DNA from: a virus
Taxonomy: Duplodnaviria > Caudoviricetes
Virus record (IMG/VR): IMGVR_UViG_3300020043_005946
Span: 1-27,912 of that record
DNA length: 27,912 nucleotides
Strand: one strand, 5' to 3'
The notes beneath the pieces are model-generated. The model was not told the origin of the DNA. It did no database searches and was given only the letters and a program-made list of their open reading frames with translations. The translations under genes were made by a program, and so were the position numbers. Of the stretch, positions 1-7,583 are shown piece after piece (the stretch's first letter is position 1; every line of letters begins with the position of its first letter).

Positions 1-846
1 GTTTCATGGCAGTTAATGAAAGATAGTGCTTTTAGTAATAAAGAAAGCACCGCTATAATTGGAACTAAAAAACTCATTTACTATACAGTGTATGGTGAAT
101 CTTATATTAAATTATTTGAAAAATCTTTAGAATCACTATTAGAAAAGAAATCTAAAGATTTTGATGTTTTAGTCATTTGTGACTTAGCTACTAAAATTGA
201 AATAAAAAAACTACCAATCTTTAAAAATAAAGACTGTAATGTATTTTTCCATTCAGTAGAAATTCCTGTTGATGGAATTGAAGCATCTATGAATAAAACA
301 AAGATCTTTGATTATGAACATATAGATGATTATTCACATATTTTGTTTTTAGATTGTGATATTATTGCAATAAAAGATGTCTATTCTCTATTTGATAAAT
401 TAACTAATAGTGAAAAGTTTTATTGTATTTGTAATCCATCTGTAAATTCTGGTGGATATTTAGGAATGTATCACGGTCTTAACTATAATAAAGAAGAAGT
501 ATTCGAAATGGCAGTTAAACAACGCCAAAAACCATTTAATGCTGGTCAATTTGCATTTTTAAATTCATCTCGTATGAGAAGACATTTTTTAAATATCAAC
601 TCTTTTATTAATAACTGGAATGGACCATACTTTTTTGAACAAGTGTTTATGAACATTTACTTTTTATATGGCAATTGCTGTGATAATATTCTTTCTAATT
701 TTGTATGTTTAGCAAATGCTTCTGTAAACAATTTAGAAGAGAAACATTCACCCGATGATGTTTTAATTCACTTTATTGCACCTGCGCTTTCTGGTGAAGT
801 TAAACTTGATTACTTAACTCGATATTTCAATGCCCATCAGTCTTAA
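1..846 (+). CDS. GT-A fold glycosyltransferase (GT8-like), possibly 5'-partial
   Basis: LFLDCD DxD motif, FNAG, EQxxMN and C-terminal IHF motifs; frame is open from base 1, so the true start may lie upstream of ATG 16. Confidence 0.75.
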   Translation, partial: VSWQLMKDSAFSNKESTAIIGTKKLIYYTVYGESYIKLFEKSLESLLEKKSKDFDVLVICDLATKIEIKKLPIFKNKDCNVFFHSVEIPVDGIEASMNKTKIFDYEHIDDYSHILFLDCDIIAIKDVYSLFDKLTNSEKFYCICNPSVNSGGYLGMYHGLNYNKEEVFEMAVKQRQKPFNAGQFAFLNSSRMRRHFLNINSFINNWNGPYFFEQVFMNIYFLYGNCCDNILSNFVCLANASVNNLEEKHSPDDVLIHFIAPALSGEVKLDYLTRYFNAHQS

Positions 847-1495
847 ACACCAAACAATTTTTGTACATATTCCTAAAGTTGCAGGCACAACTATTAATAA
901 AATGTTAGAATGTAAATCCGAAAATGAATATTTTTCATTTGATTGGGTAAGAAACATGAGTAATAAACCAAAATTAACAGGTTTAACTTATGAGGAATTA
1001 ATGAATATTCTTTATTGTCATCCTCAACATCTTAAAGCTTCTCAATTACAATTAATTTTTCCAAACGAATGGTTAACATTTTATAAATTTGCAGTTGTTC
1101 GTAATCCATATGAAAGATTTGTTTCTGAATATGAATACATACAAAAGCATCCTGTTAATAAAGCAATAGATTATAAAGGTGTAGATTTCGAAACATTTGT
1201 AAGAATGGTTTATAAGTTACCAAATTTTACTCGTAAACTCATTTTTGATTCTCATTTTGATCTTCAAAAAGATTTTATTGTTAAAGATAATAAAGTTATT
1301 GTGGATGAAGTGTTTAGATATGAAAATATTCAAACATGTTTTAAAGTTTTAAAAATTATAACAGGTAATGAAGTTTCACATGAATTAAAATTTAGAGAAA
1401 AACCATACCAAGAATATTATAATAATGATTCCAAATATCTCGTAGAGCAAATGACTAAACCTGATTTAAATTATTTTGGTTATAGATTTGAATAA
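830..1495 (+). CDS. Sulfotransferase family 2 protein
   Basis: 5'-PSB motif FVHIPKVAGTT and 3'-PB motif VRNPYERFVSEY; C-terminal DLNYFGY. Confidence 0.88.
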   Translation: MPISLKHQTIFVHIPKVAGTTINKMLECKSENEYFSFDWVRNMSNKPKLTGLTYEELMNILYCHPQHLKASQLQLIFPNEWLTFYKFAVVRNPYERFVSEYEYIQKHPVNKAIDYKGVDFETFVRMVYKLPNFTRKLIFDSHFDLQKDFIVKDNKVIVDEVFRYENIQTCFKVLKIITGNEVSHELKFREKPYQEYYNNDSKYLVEQMTKPDLNYFGYRFE

Positions 1496-1503
1496 ATACT
1501 TTT

Positions 1504-1992
1504 ATGAACAAATTTGGTAAATTTGCAGGATTTTCTAATCCGCACTATATTTCAGCATACGACACTACAACTCAAACTATATCTGCAACAGATCAAGAAT
1601 TTCTTATGAAATTCAACACAACAGATGTAACTAATGGAATTTCAATTGCAGAAGACACAAAAATTACAGTTTCTAAAGACGGTACATACAATATTCAATT
1701 TTCTGCACAAGTTATAGAAAGTAATGCATCTGCAACAGATGCTTATGTATGGTTTAAAAAGAATGGTGTTAATATTCCTTATAGCACAACAAAATATACT
1801 CTTAAAGGTTCTGCTGAAGCAGCAGTTATTATTCTCAATTTAATTGTAAAATTAAATAAAAATGATTACGTTCAAATTGGATGGAGTAATTCTACAACAA
1901 CTTCACTACTATATCAAGGTCCATTAACATCTCCTGATCGTCCAGCAATTCCATCCATTATTCTTACTGTTTGGGAAATTTCTTCTTATTAA
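1504..1992 (+). CDS. Beta-sandwich virion protein (C1q/BclA C-terminal-like tail fibre-associated domain)
   Basis: ITVSKDGTYNIQFSAQ, VWFKKNGVNI and L.KNDYVQI patterns typical of TNF/C1q-like phage domains; TAAATA-N5-ATG upstream. Confidence 0.6.
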   Translation: MNKFGKFAGFSNPHYISAYDTTTQTISATDQEFLMKFNTTDVTNGISIAEDTKITVSKDGTYNIQFSAQVIESNASATDAYVWFKKNGVNIPYSTTKYTLKGSAEAAVIILNLIVKLNKNDYVQIGWSNSTTTSLLYQGPLTSPDRPAIPSIILTVWEISSY

Positions 1993-1994
1993 TT

Positions 1995-2966
1995 ATGAGT
2001 AATATTTCAAATGAAAAATACGCAACACCTGTTGAAAGTAGAGATCCCGCAGATAATGTCGGATTTTTATTCGGTATGTATGCTGATTATAACAGTGGAA
2101 CTGCTAATTTTACAAATGTTCAATCATTCTCTGCTAATGGTACATGGGTTAATCCATCTCCTATTACCCCACGTCCAACTATAATTACACTTGTTGGTGC
2201 TGGTGGTGGTGGTGGCAGTGGCAACTCTTCAACTGGTGCTTCATCCAAAGGTGGTGGTGGTGGCGGTGCAGGTGGTGCATTAGTCATTTTTAATACATGG
2301 ACCAACTTGCTGAGTGCAACTGAATCAATTACAGTTGGTGCAGGTGGTACAGGTGGTGCTGCCAGAGGTGGCAATGGCAATGGTAATCCCGGAATAGCAG
2401 GTGGTGACACTATTATAACTCTGAGTGGAATCTCGTTGAAAGCTGATGGTGGTGCTTTTGGTGGTGGTGGTGCAGCAGCAGCAGGTGCTGCTGGTGCTGC
2501 TGTTGCTAATGGTACAGTATGCTATAACAATGTTGCTAACAGGCTACCAGGTGGTGCAGGATCATCTGGTGCAGCAGTGGCCGCTGCTATTGCAGTTGCT
2601 ACTTACTTTCAACCAACTGGTGGAGGTGGTGGAGGAGGTGTTAATACAACCAATGCAGTTGTATACAATGCTGCTGCTGGTGGTGGTTATTTTGCTGCTA
2701 CTACTCTTAATTTAATTGCTGGTGCCCCTATTAATGTAGGTCAAGGTGCAAATGGAAATAATGGTTATTCACGTCTTGGTGTTGGTTCTGGTGCTTCTGG
2801 TGGCAACTCATCTAATACTGCTGGTGTTTCAGGAGGTTGGGGGGGAAATGGTGGCTTTCCTGGCGGAGGAGGCGGTGGTGGTGGTTCTTATGGCAATGCC
2901 TCTGCTGGTGGTTCTGGCGCTGGCGGAAATGGCGGAAATGGTTATGCTTCAATAATAGTTTTATAA
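1995..2966 (+). CDS. Glycine-rich tail fibre/virion protein
   Basis: F.ANGTW..P then ITLVGAGGGGGSG...GGGGGGAGG, ITVGAGG.GG and terminal GGNGGNGYASII; ATG 1995 follows the upstream stop (TAAttATG), preferred over the 1971 start. Confidence 0.75.
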   Translation: MSNISNEKYATPVESRDPADNVGFLFGMYADYNSGTANFTNVQSFSANGTWVNPSPITPRPTIITLVGAGGGGGSGNSSTGASSKGGGGGGAGGALVIFNTWTNLLSATESITVGAGGTGGAARGGNGNGNPGIAGGDTIITLSGISLKADGGAFGGGGAAAAGAAGAAVANGTVCYNNVANRLPGGAGSSGAAVAAAIAVATYFQPTGGGGGGGVNTTNAVVYNAAAGGGYFAATTLNLIAGAPINVGQGANGNNGYSRLGVGSGASGGNSSNTAGVSGGWGGNGGFPGGGGGGGGSYGNASAGGSGAGGNGGNGYASIIVL

Positions 2967-2967
2967 T

Positions 2968-3348
2968 ATGAAAAAGATTGCAAAAATAATAAACAATTTC
3001 ATCTCTAATGTATCCATTGGAGATGAAAATTACTTTTTAAAATCAGACGAAATGCTTTTAGAAAATGCATTAGAAAATGGATTTTTATTTCAAGAAAAAC
3101 AAATCTTAAAAACTGGTTGCTATATTCTTCCAGAAGATTTTTATCTATCTGATGAAAATTCTGATGAAATTGAATTTAATAAACTTTTATCATTATGTAC
3201 TCTAGCAATTAGCCAAAATATTTTAACAGAAAATTCACTTATTAAAATAAAAGATCTCTCTGGAAATATTCATGAAATTTCAATTAAGAGATTTTTTGAA
3301 ATTATGGTTCAATACGGACTACATTGTTATACAAATCGTAATTATTAA
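2968..3348 (+). CDS. Hypothetical protein, possible tail fibre-associated (DUF4376-like)
   Basis: Coupled to the glycine-rich gene; IKDLSGNIHEIS motif near the C-terminus. Confidence 0.45.
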   Translation: MKKIAKIINNFISNVSIGDENYFLKSDEMLLENALENGFLFQEKQILKTGCYILPEDFYLSDENSDEIEFNKLLSLCTLAISQNILTENSLIKIKDLSGNIHEISIKRFFEIMVQYGLHCYTNRNY

Positions 3349-3364
3349 TAAATACTATACTATT

Positions 3365-3664
3365 ATGGCGCGTGACTTTTTAGAAAAATTAGGAATTGGT
3401 AATTTGCTTAGTATATTAAGCATTATATTTGCAGCAGGACTCTTTTATGGAAAAATTAACTCTACTGTTGATGAATTTAAAACTATTAGAACAAATGATT
3501 TAATAAGAATAGAAAAATTAGAAACTGGACATGAAATTTTAAAAAGTAGAGTATCTGAAATTGAAAAAAATAACGTAGAAGTTAAAGTTGATTTAAATTA
3601 TATAAAACTAGGAATTGAAGAGATTAAACGCACTCTTAATAGTAAAAGTATTTCTGGTAAGTAG
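3365..3664 (+). CDS. Single-TM plus coiled-coil protein (holin/antiholin-like)
   Basis: N-terminal TM LLSILSIIFAAGLFY followed by heptad coiled coil; ATG 3365 follows TAAATA at 3349. Confidence 0.55.
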   Translation: MARDFLEKLGIGNLLSILSIIFAAGLFYGKINSTVDEFKTIRTNDLIRIEKLETGHEILKSRVSEIEKNNVEVKVDLNYIKLGIEEIKRTLNSKSISGK

Positions 3665-3669
3665 ATTAT

Positions 3670-3876
3670 ATGAAAAACGTATTTAAATATATTATGAATC
3701 GTGCCAAAGAACGCAGTACCTATATAGGTTTGTTTTCTGTTCTTGGTGCATTTGGTGCAGGAATTAACCCTGATATGGCAGAAGCTATTATTGGTGCAGG
3801 TGTGGGACTATCTGGCTTAGTGTCAGTTCTTGTTCCTGATCGTAAATTACCAGAAGTTAAGGAAATTAAAAAATAA
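3670..3876 (+). CDS. Putative holin
   Basis: 68 aa, [11 protein letters not shown] motif, two hydrophobic helices, basic C-terminus. Confidence 0.65.
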   Translation: MKNVFKYIMNRAKERSTYIGLFSVLGAFGAGINPDMAEAIIGAGVGLSGLVSVLVPDRKLPEVKEIKK

Positions 3877-3878
3877 TT

Positions 3879-4028
3879 ATGCCACTTAAAAAAGGATATT
3901 CACAAAAAACTATTTCAGGTAACATTCGTAAAGAAATTAAATCTGGTCGTCCACAAAAACAAGCTGTTGCTATTGCACTTTCTGTTGCTAAAAAAGCAGA
4001 AAAAGCTAGCAAATCTAAAAAGAAGTAA
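3879..4028 (+). CDS. Small basic phage protein (49 aa, [34 protein letters not shown]...)
   Basis: Translated by hand (absent from ORF track); TAAttATG coupling; MPLKKG...KQAVAIAL pattern recalled from many phage genomes. Confidence 0.8.
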   Translation: MPLKKGYSQKTISGNIRKEIKSGRPQKQAVAIALSVAKKAEKASKSKKK

Positions 4029-4039
4029 TAAGTATTTTT

Positions 4040-4107
4040 GCTGCTAACAACTAGTAGTGCGTAATCATTATAGTAAAAAAACCCACTAAGAAATTAGTGG
4101 GTTTTTT
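4040..4107 (+). ncRNA. Candidate small RNA (5' hairpin, linker, terminator)
   Basis: TAAGTA at 4029-4034 predicts +1 at 4040, where hairpin GCTGCTA-acaac-TAGTAGT begins; ends at the terminator. Confidence 0.35.
4075..4107. terminator. Bidirectional intrinsic terminator
   Basis: A-tract, CCCACTAA-gaaa-TTAGTGGG, T-tract. Confidence 0.85.
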
Positions 4108-4129
4108 GTTTTTATTAATAAATATTATA

Positions 4130-4279
4130 GTGGATAAAGAAACTAAAACTATAAATGAACTTAAAGAAGAATTAGAAAAATTAAATACAAAAAAGGAATT
4201 TGTTATTAAGGCACTCAAAATGATTGATAATCAACGATCTACACTTCATATGAGAATTTGTACTCATAAAGATTATTAA
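4130..4279 (+). CDS. Small coiled-coil hypothetical protein (GTG start)
   Basis: TAAATA 4119-4124 plus 5 nt then GTG; the 4097 start lies inside the terminator. Confidence 0.55.
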   Translation: MDKETKTINELKEELEKLNTKKEFVIKALKMIDNQRSTLHMRICTHKDY

Positions 4280-4809
4280 CCTTCTTTAATTACAGTTAAC
4301 ATTAAATGTAAATTATATTTGGTATTGTAATTTTTATAATCAATAAAAATAGTTCCTGCAATATCAACAGAATCTTCTAATATATGTTCTTCGTTTTTAT
4401 CACTACAAAAGTAGTCACTTTTAACGAATAATATATTTTTACTTTTAATTGCTTTGGCAATTAGACTTTCATATCTTATACAGTCTTGATATAGTACTTT
4501 AGAAAGTGCTTTAGAGTCTAAATTGTTATGATCTAGGAATTGATTTATTATGTCTTTTAATGTTTTCCAACCCGCTTCGCATAACAATATATCGTAAATG
4601 CTGGGGTTGTCAATATTTTTTTTAACAATTACATCTTTCAAATGAAACGAATCTGAAAAATGTCTTTTTCTTGGTGAAGGAAACGCTTTTCTAGAAACTA
4701 TACATTCGTTATAATAGTCTATTAACTTCTTGCAAGATGTACAAACACCTTCTACACTTAGAGATGGAAAAGGTGTCTTACAATGAACGCATGGTGTGTG
4801 GTAAATCAT
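4276..4809 (-). CDS. Hypothetical protein with N-terminal C4 zinc finger
   Basis: CVHC...CTSC; 4-nt overlap with the upstream HNH-AP2 gene. Confidence 0.6.
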   Translation of the reverse strand: MIYHTPCVHCKTPFPSLSVEGVCTSCKKLIDYYNECIVSRKAFPSPRKRHFSDSFHLKDVIVKKNIDNPSIYDILLCEAGWKTLKDIINQFLDHNNLDSKALSKVLYQDCIRYESLIAKAIKSKNILFVKSDYFCSDKNEEHILEDSVDIAGTIFIDYKNYNTKYNLHLMLTVIKEG

Positions 4810-5447
4810 ATACGGTGATAGGTTTCTTTTGCGTTCTTATAGGCCATTTCAGCGTCTTCTAATGTGTTGAAGGTTCCTAGATAGATACGCTTAGAATTGG
4901 CTGTAATAACAGCTTTAAATTTATCTCCTTTTGTTTTAGAAACACCACGACAACCTGTTTTATTAGTCTTGGAACAATAGTTTACATTCCAGAGATTTTG
5001 TGCTACTGTTACGATTCTTAAATTAGAGCGACGATTATCAAGTTTATCGCCATTGATATGATCAACAACATATCTTACATTGCCACCGTGCATTCCCATT
5101 AAGAAACGATGTAAAAGAACTGAACGCTGTTTAGTTTTACGATACTTTTCGTTTTTAATAATTTCACCTTTTATAGTTTCATTACGGCAAACGTAACCAT
5201 CATTAGAACGAACATACCATTTCTTTTTGCTTAGTGATTCGTAGTCTTCTGGAGAGACTTTAGTAAAAAGTCCATTTCCAACATTTATTAATTCATAATT
5301 TTCATTTTCATTCATATCTTTTATTATTTGAAATCCTTCTTCAATGATAAAATCATCTTCATCATCAAAAGAAAGAGAGTCTGGAATGCTTTTTGCAATC
5401 CATTGGTTTAAAGTGTCATCAGCAGAGTTTAGTAGTTCTTGTTGCAT
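4806..5447 (-). CDS. HNH endonuclease with AP2 DNA-binding domain
   Basis: LLHRFLM, VVDHINGDKLDNRRSNLR, NKTGCRGV, IYLGTFNTLEDAEMAY. Confidence 0.92.
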   Translation of the reverse strand: MQQELLNSADDTLNQWIAKSIPDSLSFDDEDDFIIEEGFQIIKDMNENENYELINVGNGLFTKVSPEDYESLSKKKWYVRSNDGYVCRNETIKGEIIKNEKYRKTKQRSVLLHRFLMGMHGGNVRYVVDHINGDKLDNRRSNLRIVTVAQNLWNVNYCSKTNKTGCRGVSKTKGDKFKAVITANSKRIYLGTFNTLEDAEMAYKNAKETYHRI

Positions 5448-5485
5448 AATAATACTTACTCTTTTTTACACTTTTTTCTAAATTT

Positions 5486-5707
5486 CTAATCTTCGTTGTT
5501 TAGTGGTGGAAGATCTTCTAAGTTTTTTGCCAAATAGATCTGTTCAAGAATAACTTCTACAGCAATTTTACCAACTTCATCTTTTATCTGTTCATGAATA
5601 AACAACTCATTTTTTGGTGATACTCCTATAATGATATAAGAGTCTAAAAATTCTGATAATACATTTTTCATTGCAGTCTCTAAGTTGCTTTTCTTTTTAT
5701 TAGCCAT
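5486..5707 (-). CDS. Hypothetical protein (73 aa, MANKKK...)
   Basis: TAAGTA-N5-ATG on the minus strand puts the start at 5707; the 5779 start would run through the origin repeats. Confidence 0.65.
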   Translation of the reverse strand: MANKKKSNLETAMKNVLSEFLDSYIIIGVSPKNELFIHEQIKDEVGKIAVEVILEQIYLAKNLEDLPPLNNED

Positions 5708-5749
5708 AAAAATACTTAATAGAAAGAGTATTAAAGGGTCTTTTTTTAA

Positions 5750-6010
5750 TTTGGGGTAAACATGATAATATAAGAACATTTAATACATATAATAGCCTGC
5801 GGCGCGTATTGGAATAAAACTGGCTCCGCCTCGCTGAAGCTCGTTGGGTTCAATAAATTAGCAAGTTTACCCCAAATAGTTGTAACACGTTAATAATCAA
5901 CATTTTAATGTTTTTATTAAAAAAGTTTATTATTTAATAAAAGTTGAAACGGCCCCCAAATAAAAGTTGAAGTTTACCCCAAATGTATATTAGATCAAGT
6001 TTACCCCAAA
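5750..6010. repeat. Iteron-like repeats, putative replication origin
   Basis: AAGTTTACCCCAAA at 5863, 5970 and 5997; inverted 12-mer at 5750-5761; degenerate copy ending 5960; AT-rich tract 5905-5940. Confidence 0.75.
5895..5907 (+). promoter_or_regulatory. IHF-binding consensus within the putative origin
   Basis: AATCAACATTTTA matches WATCAANNNNTTR. Confidence 0.5.
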
Positions 6011-6026
6011 AAACACTAAAAACAGC

Positions 6027-6063
6027 TTGAAAACTTCATTTTCTTATGTTATATTAGTAAGTA
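6027..6063 (+). promoter_or_regulatory. Sigma70-like promoter followed by TAAGTA late-type element
   Basis: TTGAAA-17bp-TATATT with TG extension; TAAGTA at 6058-6063. Confidence 0.6.
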
Positions 6064-6068
6064 TTATA

Positions 6069-6221
6069 AAGCAAACATATTATTGGAGCACATCGAAGCG
6101 AAAGCGATGCCAGTAAAAAGGGTAGGATAGAGTATTCCTAGGTTTAGACTAATTAATTAGTTTCCCTTATGGTCATGTTTCACCCCCGATTCCTTAAAAA
6201 GAGTCGGGGGTATTTTTTTTT
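6069..6221 (+). ncRNA. Candidate structured sRNA upstream of the rep-like gene
   Basis: Own promoter(s) and terminator, no long ORF; GAAA-capped hairpin and a three-way junction closed by AAGGG/CCCTT. Confidence 0.6.
6182..6221 (+). terminator. Intrinsic terminator
   Basis: ACCCCCGATTC...GAGTCGGGGGT followed by T9. Confidence 0.88.
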
Positions 6222-6231
6222 ATGATTTTTC

Positions 6232-6271
6232 TTGAAATCATTATAGAGAAATAGTAAATTTAGAGTAAGTA
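6232..6271 (+). promoter_or_regulatory. Sigma70-like promoter plus TAAGTA element for the rep-like gene
   Basis: TTGAAA-17bp-TAAATT; TAAGTA at 6266-6271. Confidence 0.55.
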
Positions 6272-6300
6272 TAATTATACACTCTTTCGCAAAACTGTGT

Positions 6301-6336
6301 ATGACCATTATAAAAATAAACCTTAACAATGTCTAA
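6301..6336 (+). CDS. Candidate leader peptide (MTIIKINLNNV) overlapping the rep start
   Basis: ATG 6301 to TAA 6336 overlaps ATG 6329; its start is complementary to sRNA 6169-6176. Confidence 0.35.
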   Translation: MTIIKINLNNV

Positions 6337-7126
6337 ACGATATATTCAAAAACAACTATACACTTTCGATTTCCAGATAAAAACTGGAAACCAACTATTA
6401 AACGATAAAATTAAAATCGTTTTAGGCTACTTGATTTACAAGACACACTTTTTCTTTAAAAAACTAGAAGAAACTAATCATCTCTCAAATGATCCTTACA
6501 CTCCACTATCAAGTAATAAATTAATAAAATTATGTGGTAAAAGAGATAACTATATAGCAGTTTTAAAATATCTTGAAGAAAATGAAATTATTAGCTGGTA
6601 TAAAAGTGGACATGGTGATGCTAAAAATGGTTCTTATTACAGTGGAAATGCAAACTCTGCACATAAAGGCACACTTTCTAAAGATCCATACTGCCGTAAA
6701 TGTCGTTTAACAAACGTTTTTTGGAATGCAGTAAAGAATAATAACGTTAAATTAATTAATGTAAAAGTTCCAAACAATGATTTAACAGAAGATTCTATGT
6801 TTGATTTAAACCAATACGACTTGAAAAGAGTTAATAACGAATTTAATTGGGAAGAATATTATCAGAGTAAAAAAACTAGAGAAGAATTTGATAAAAACCT
6901 ACAAAAATTACAACAAGATATGGAAAACAATACAAAAAACAACGAAAAAGTAGAAAATGATGATTTAGACATTGAAAGTTTACTAGGAGATTTAGTAGTA
7001 TCATCAGAACAAATTGCTGAAAAATTATCAAGTGATTCAGAAATAGATGATCTTTTTAGTGAATTAGAAGATATGAAGGTAGAAGCATCCAAACAAGGTT
7101 TTGGCGATTTTATAGTAATAGGATAA
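6329..7126 (+). CDS. Putative replication initiator/origin-binding protein (winged-helix N-terminus, acidic C-terminal tail)
   Basis: YTPLSSNKLIKLCG..NYIAVLKYLEENEII...Y..G...K.RL wHTH-like pattern; adjacent to iterons; D/E-rich tail. Confidence 0.5.
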   Translation: MSKRYIQKQLYTFDFQIKTGNQLLNDKIKIVLGYLIYKTHFFFKKLEETNHLSNDPYTPLSSNKLIKLCGKRDNYIAVLKYLEENEIISWYKSGHGDAKNGSYYSGNANSAHKGTLSKDPYCRKCRLTNVFWNAVKNNNVKLINVKVPNNDLTEDSMFDLNQYDLKRVNNEFNWEEYYQSKKTREEFDKNLQKLQQDMENNTKNNEKVENDDLDIESLLGDLVVSSEQIAEKLSSDSEIDDLFSELEDMKVEASKQGFGDFIVIG

Positions 7127-7127
7127 C

Positions 7128-7580
7128 ATGAACCAAGAAGAACGCAAGATTTATAATAAAATTTATTACCAAAAAAATAAAGATCGTATTCTCTTAAATG
7201 AGAAAGAATATCGTTTAAAATATCCAGAAAAGAAAAAACTTAAAGATTATAATTGGTGGCATAACGTTCGTGACAAAGAAAAGAAATCTAAAATTAATCT
7301 TTATGGAGCAAATCGTAGAAGTCGAATAAATGGTAGAAATCCATCTAAAGACGGAACTATATTAACAATGTATGAAACAGCCGAAAGACTTTCTAAATGC
7401 CTTGGAATTCCTTTTCATGTAGATCATTTAGTTCCACTCAGTAAAGGTGGAGAACATAATAAAAACAACTTGCTTCCTGTGCCAAAGAGTGTTAATCTCA
7501 AAAAGAAAGACAAAATAGACTTCTCGCACCCTTATTATTCACATTTAAATTTGACAACATCACTTTCCTCTCTACAATAA
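7128..7580 (+). CDS. HNH endonuclease
   Basis: FHVDHLVPLSKGGEHNKNNL...NLKKKDK; basic N-terminus. Confidence 0.9.
   Translation: MNQEERKIYNKIYYQKNKDRILLNEKEYRLKYPEKKKLKDYNWWHNVRDKEKKSKINLYGANRRSRINGRNPSKDGTILTMYETAERLSKCLGIPFHVDHLVPLSKGGEHNKNNLLPVPKSVNLKKKDKIDFSHPYYSHLNLTTSLSSLQ
7551..7578 (+). promoter_or_regulatory. Sigma70-like promoter giving a leaderless transcript for 7584
   Basis: TTGACA-16bp-TACAAT, 5 nt before ATG 7584. Confidence 0.6.
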
Positions 7581-7583
7581 AAC

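Noticed and set aside
2120-2955. Alternative-frame ORFs 2120-2410(-), 2446-2715, 2746-2955
   Set aside because: Shadows of GGT/GCT-rich codons in the glycine-rich gene
3272-5779. ORF-track starts at 3272, 4097 and 5779 (also 1971)
   Set aside because: Extensions overlap upstream genes, a terminator or origin repeats; downstream starts fit the TAA(A/G)TA or coupling pattern
5750-6010. Repeats as a CRISPR or mini-array
   Set aside because: 14-bp units, irregular spacing, one inverted, non-palindromic, no cas genes
6069-6221. tRNA or known ribozyme
   Set aside because: No T-loop/anticodon cloverleaf and no hammerhead core (CTGANGA...GAAA) seen
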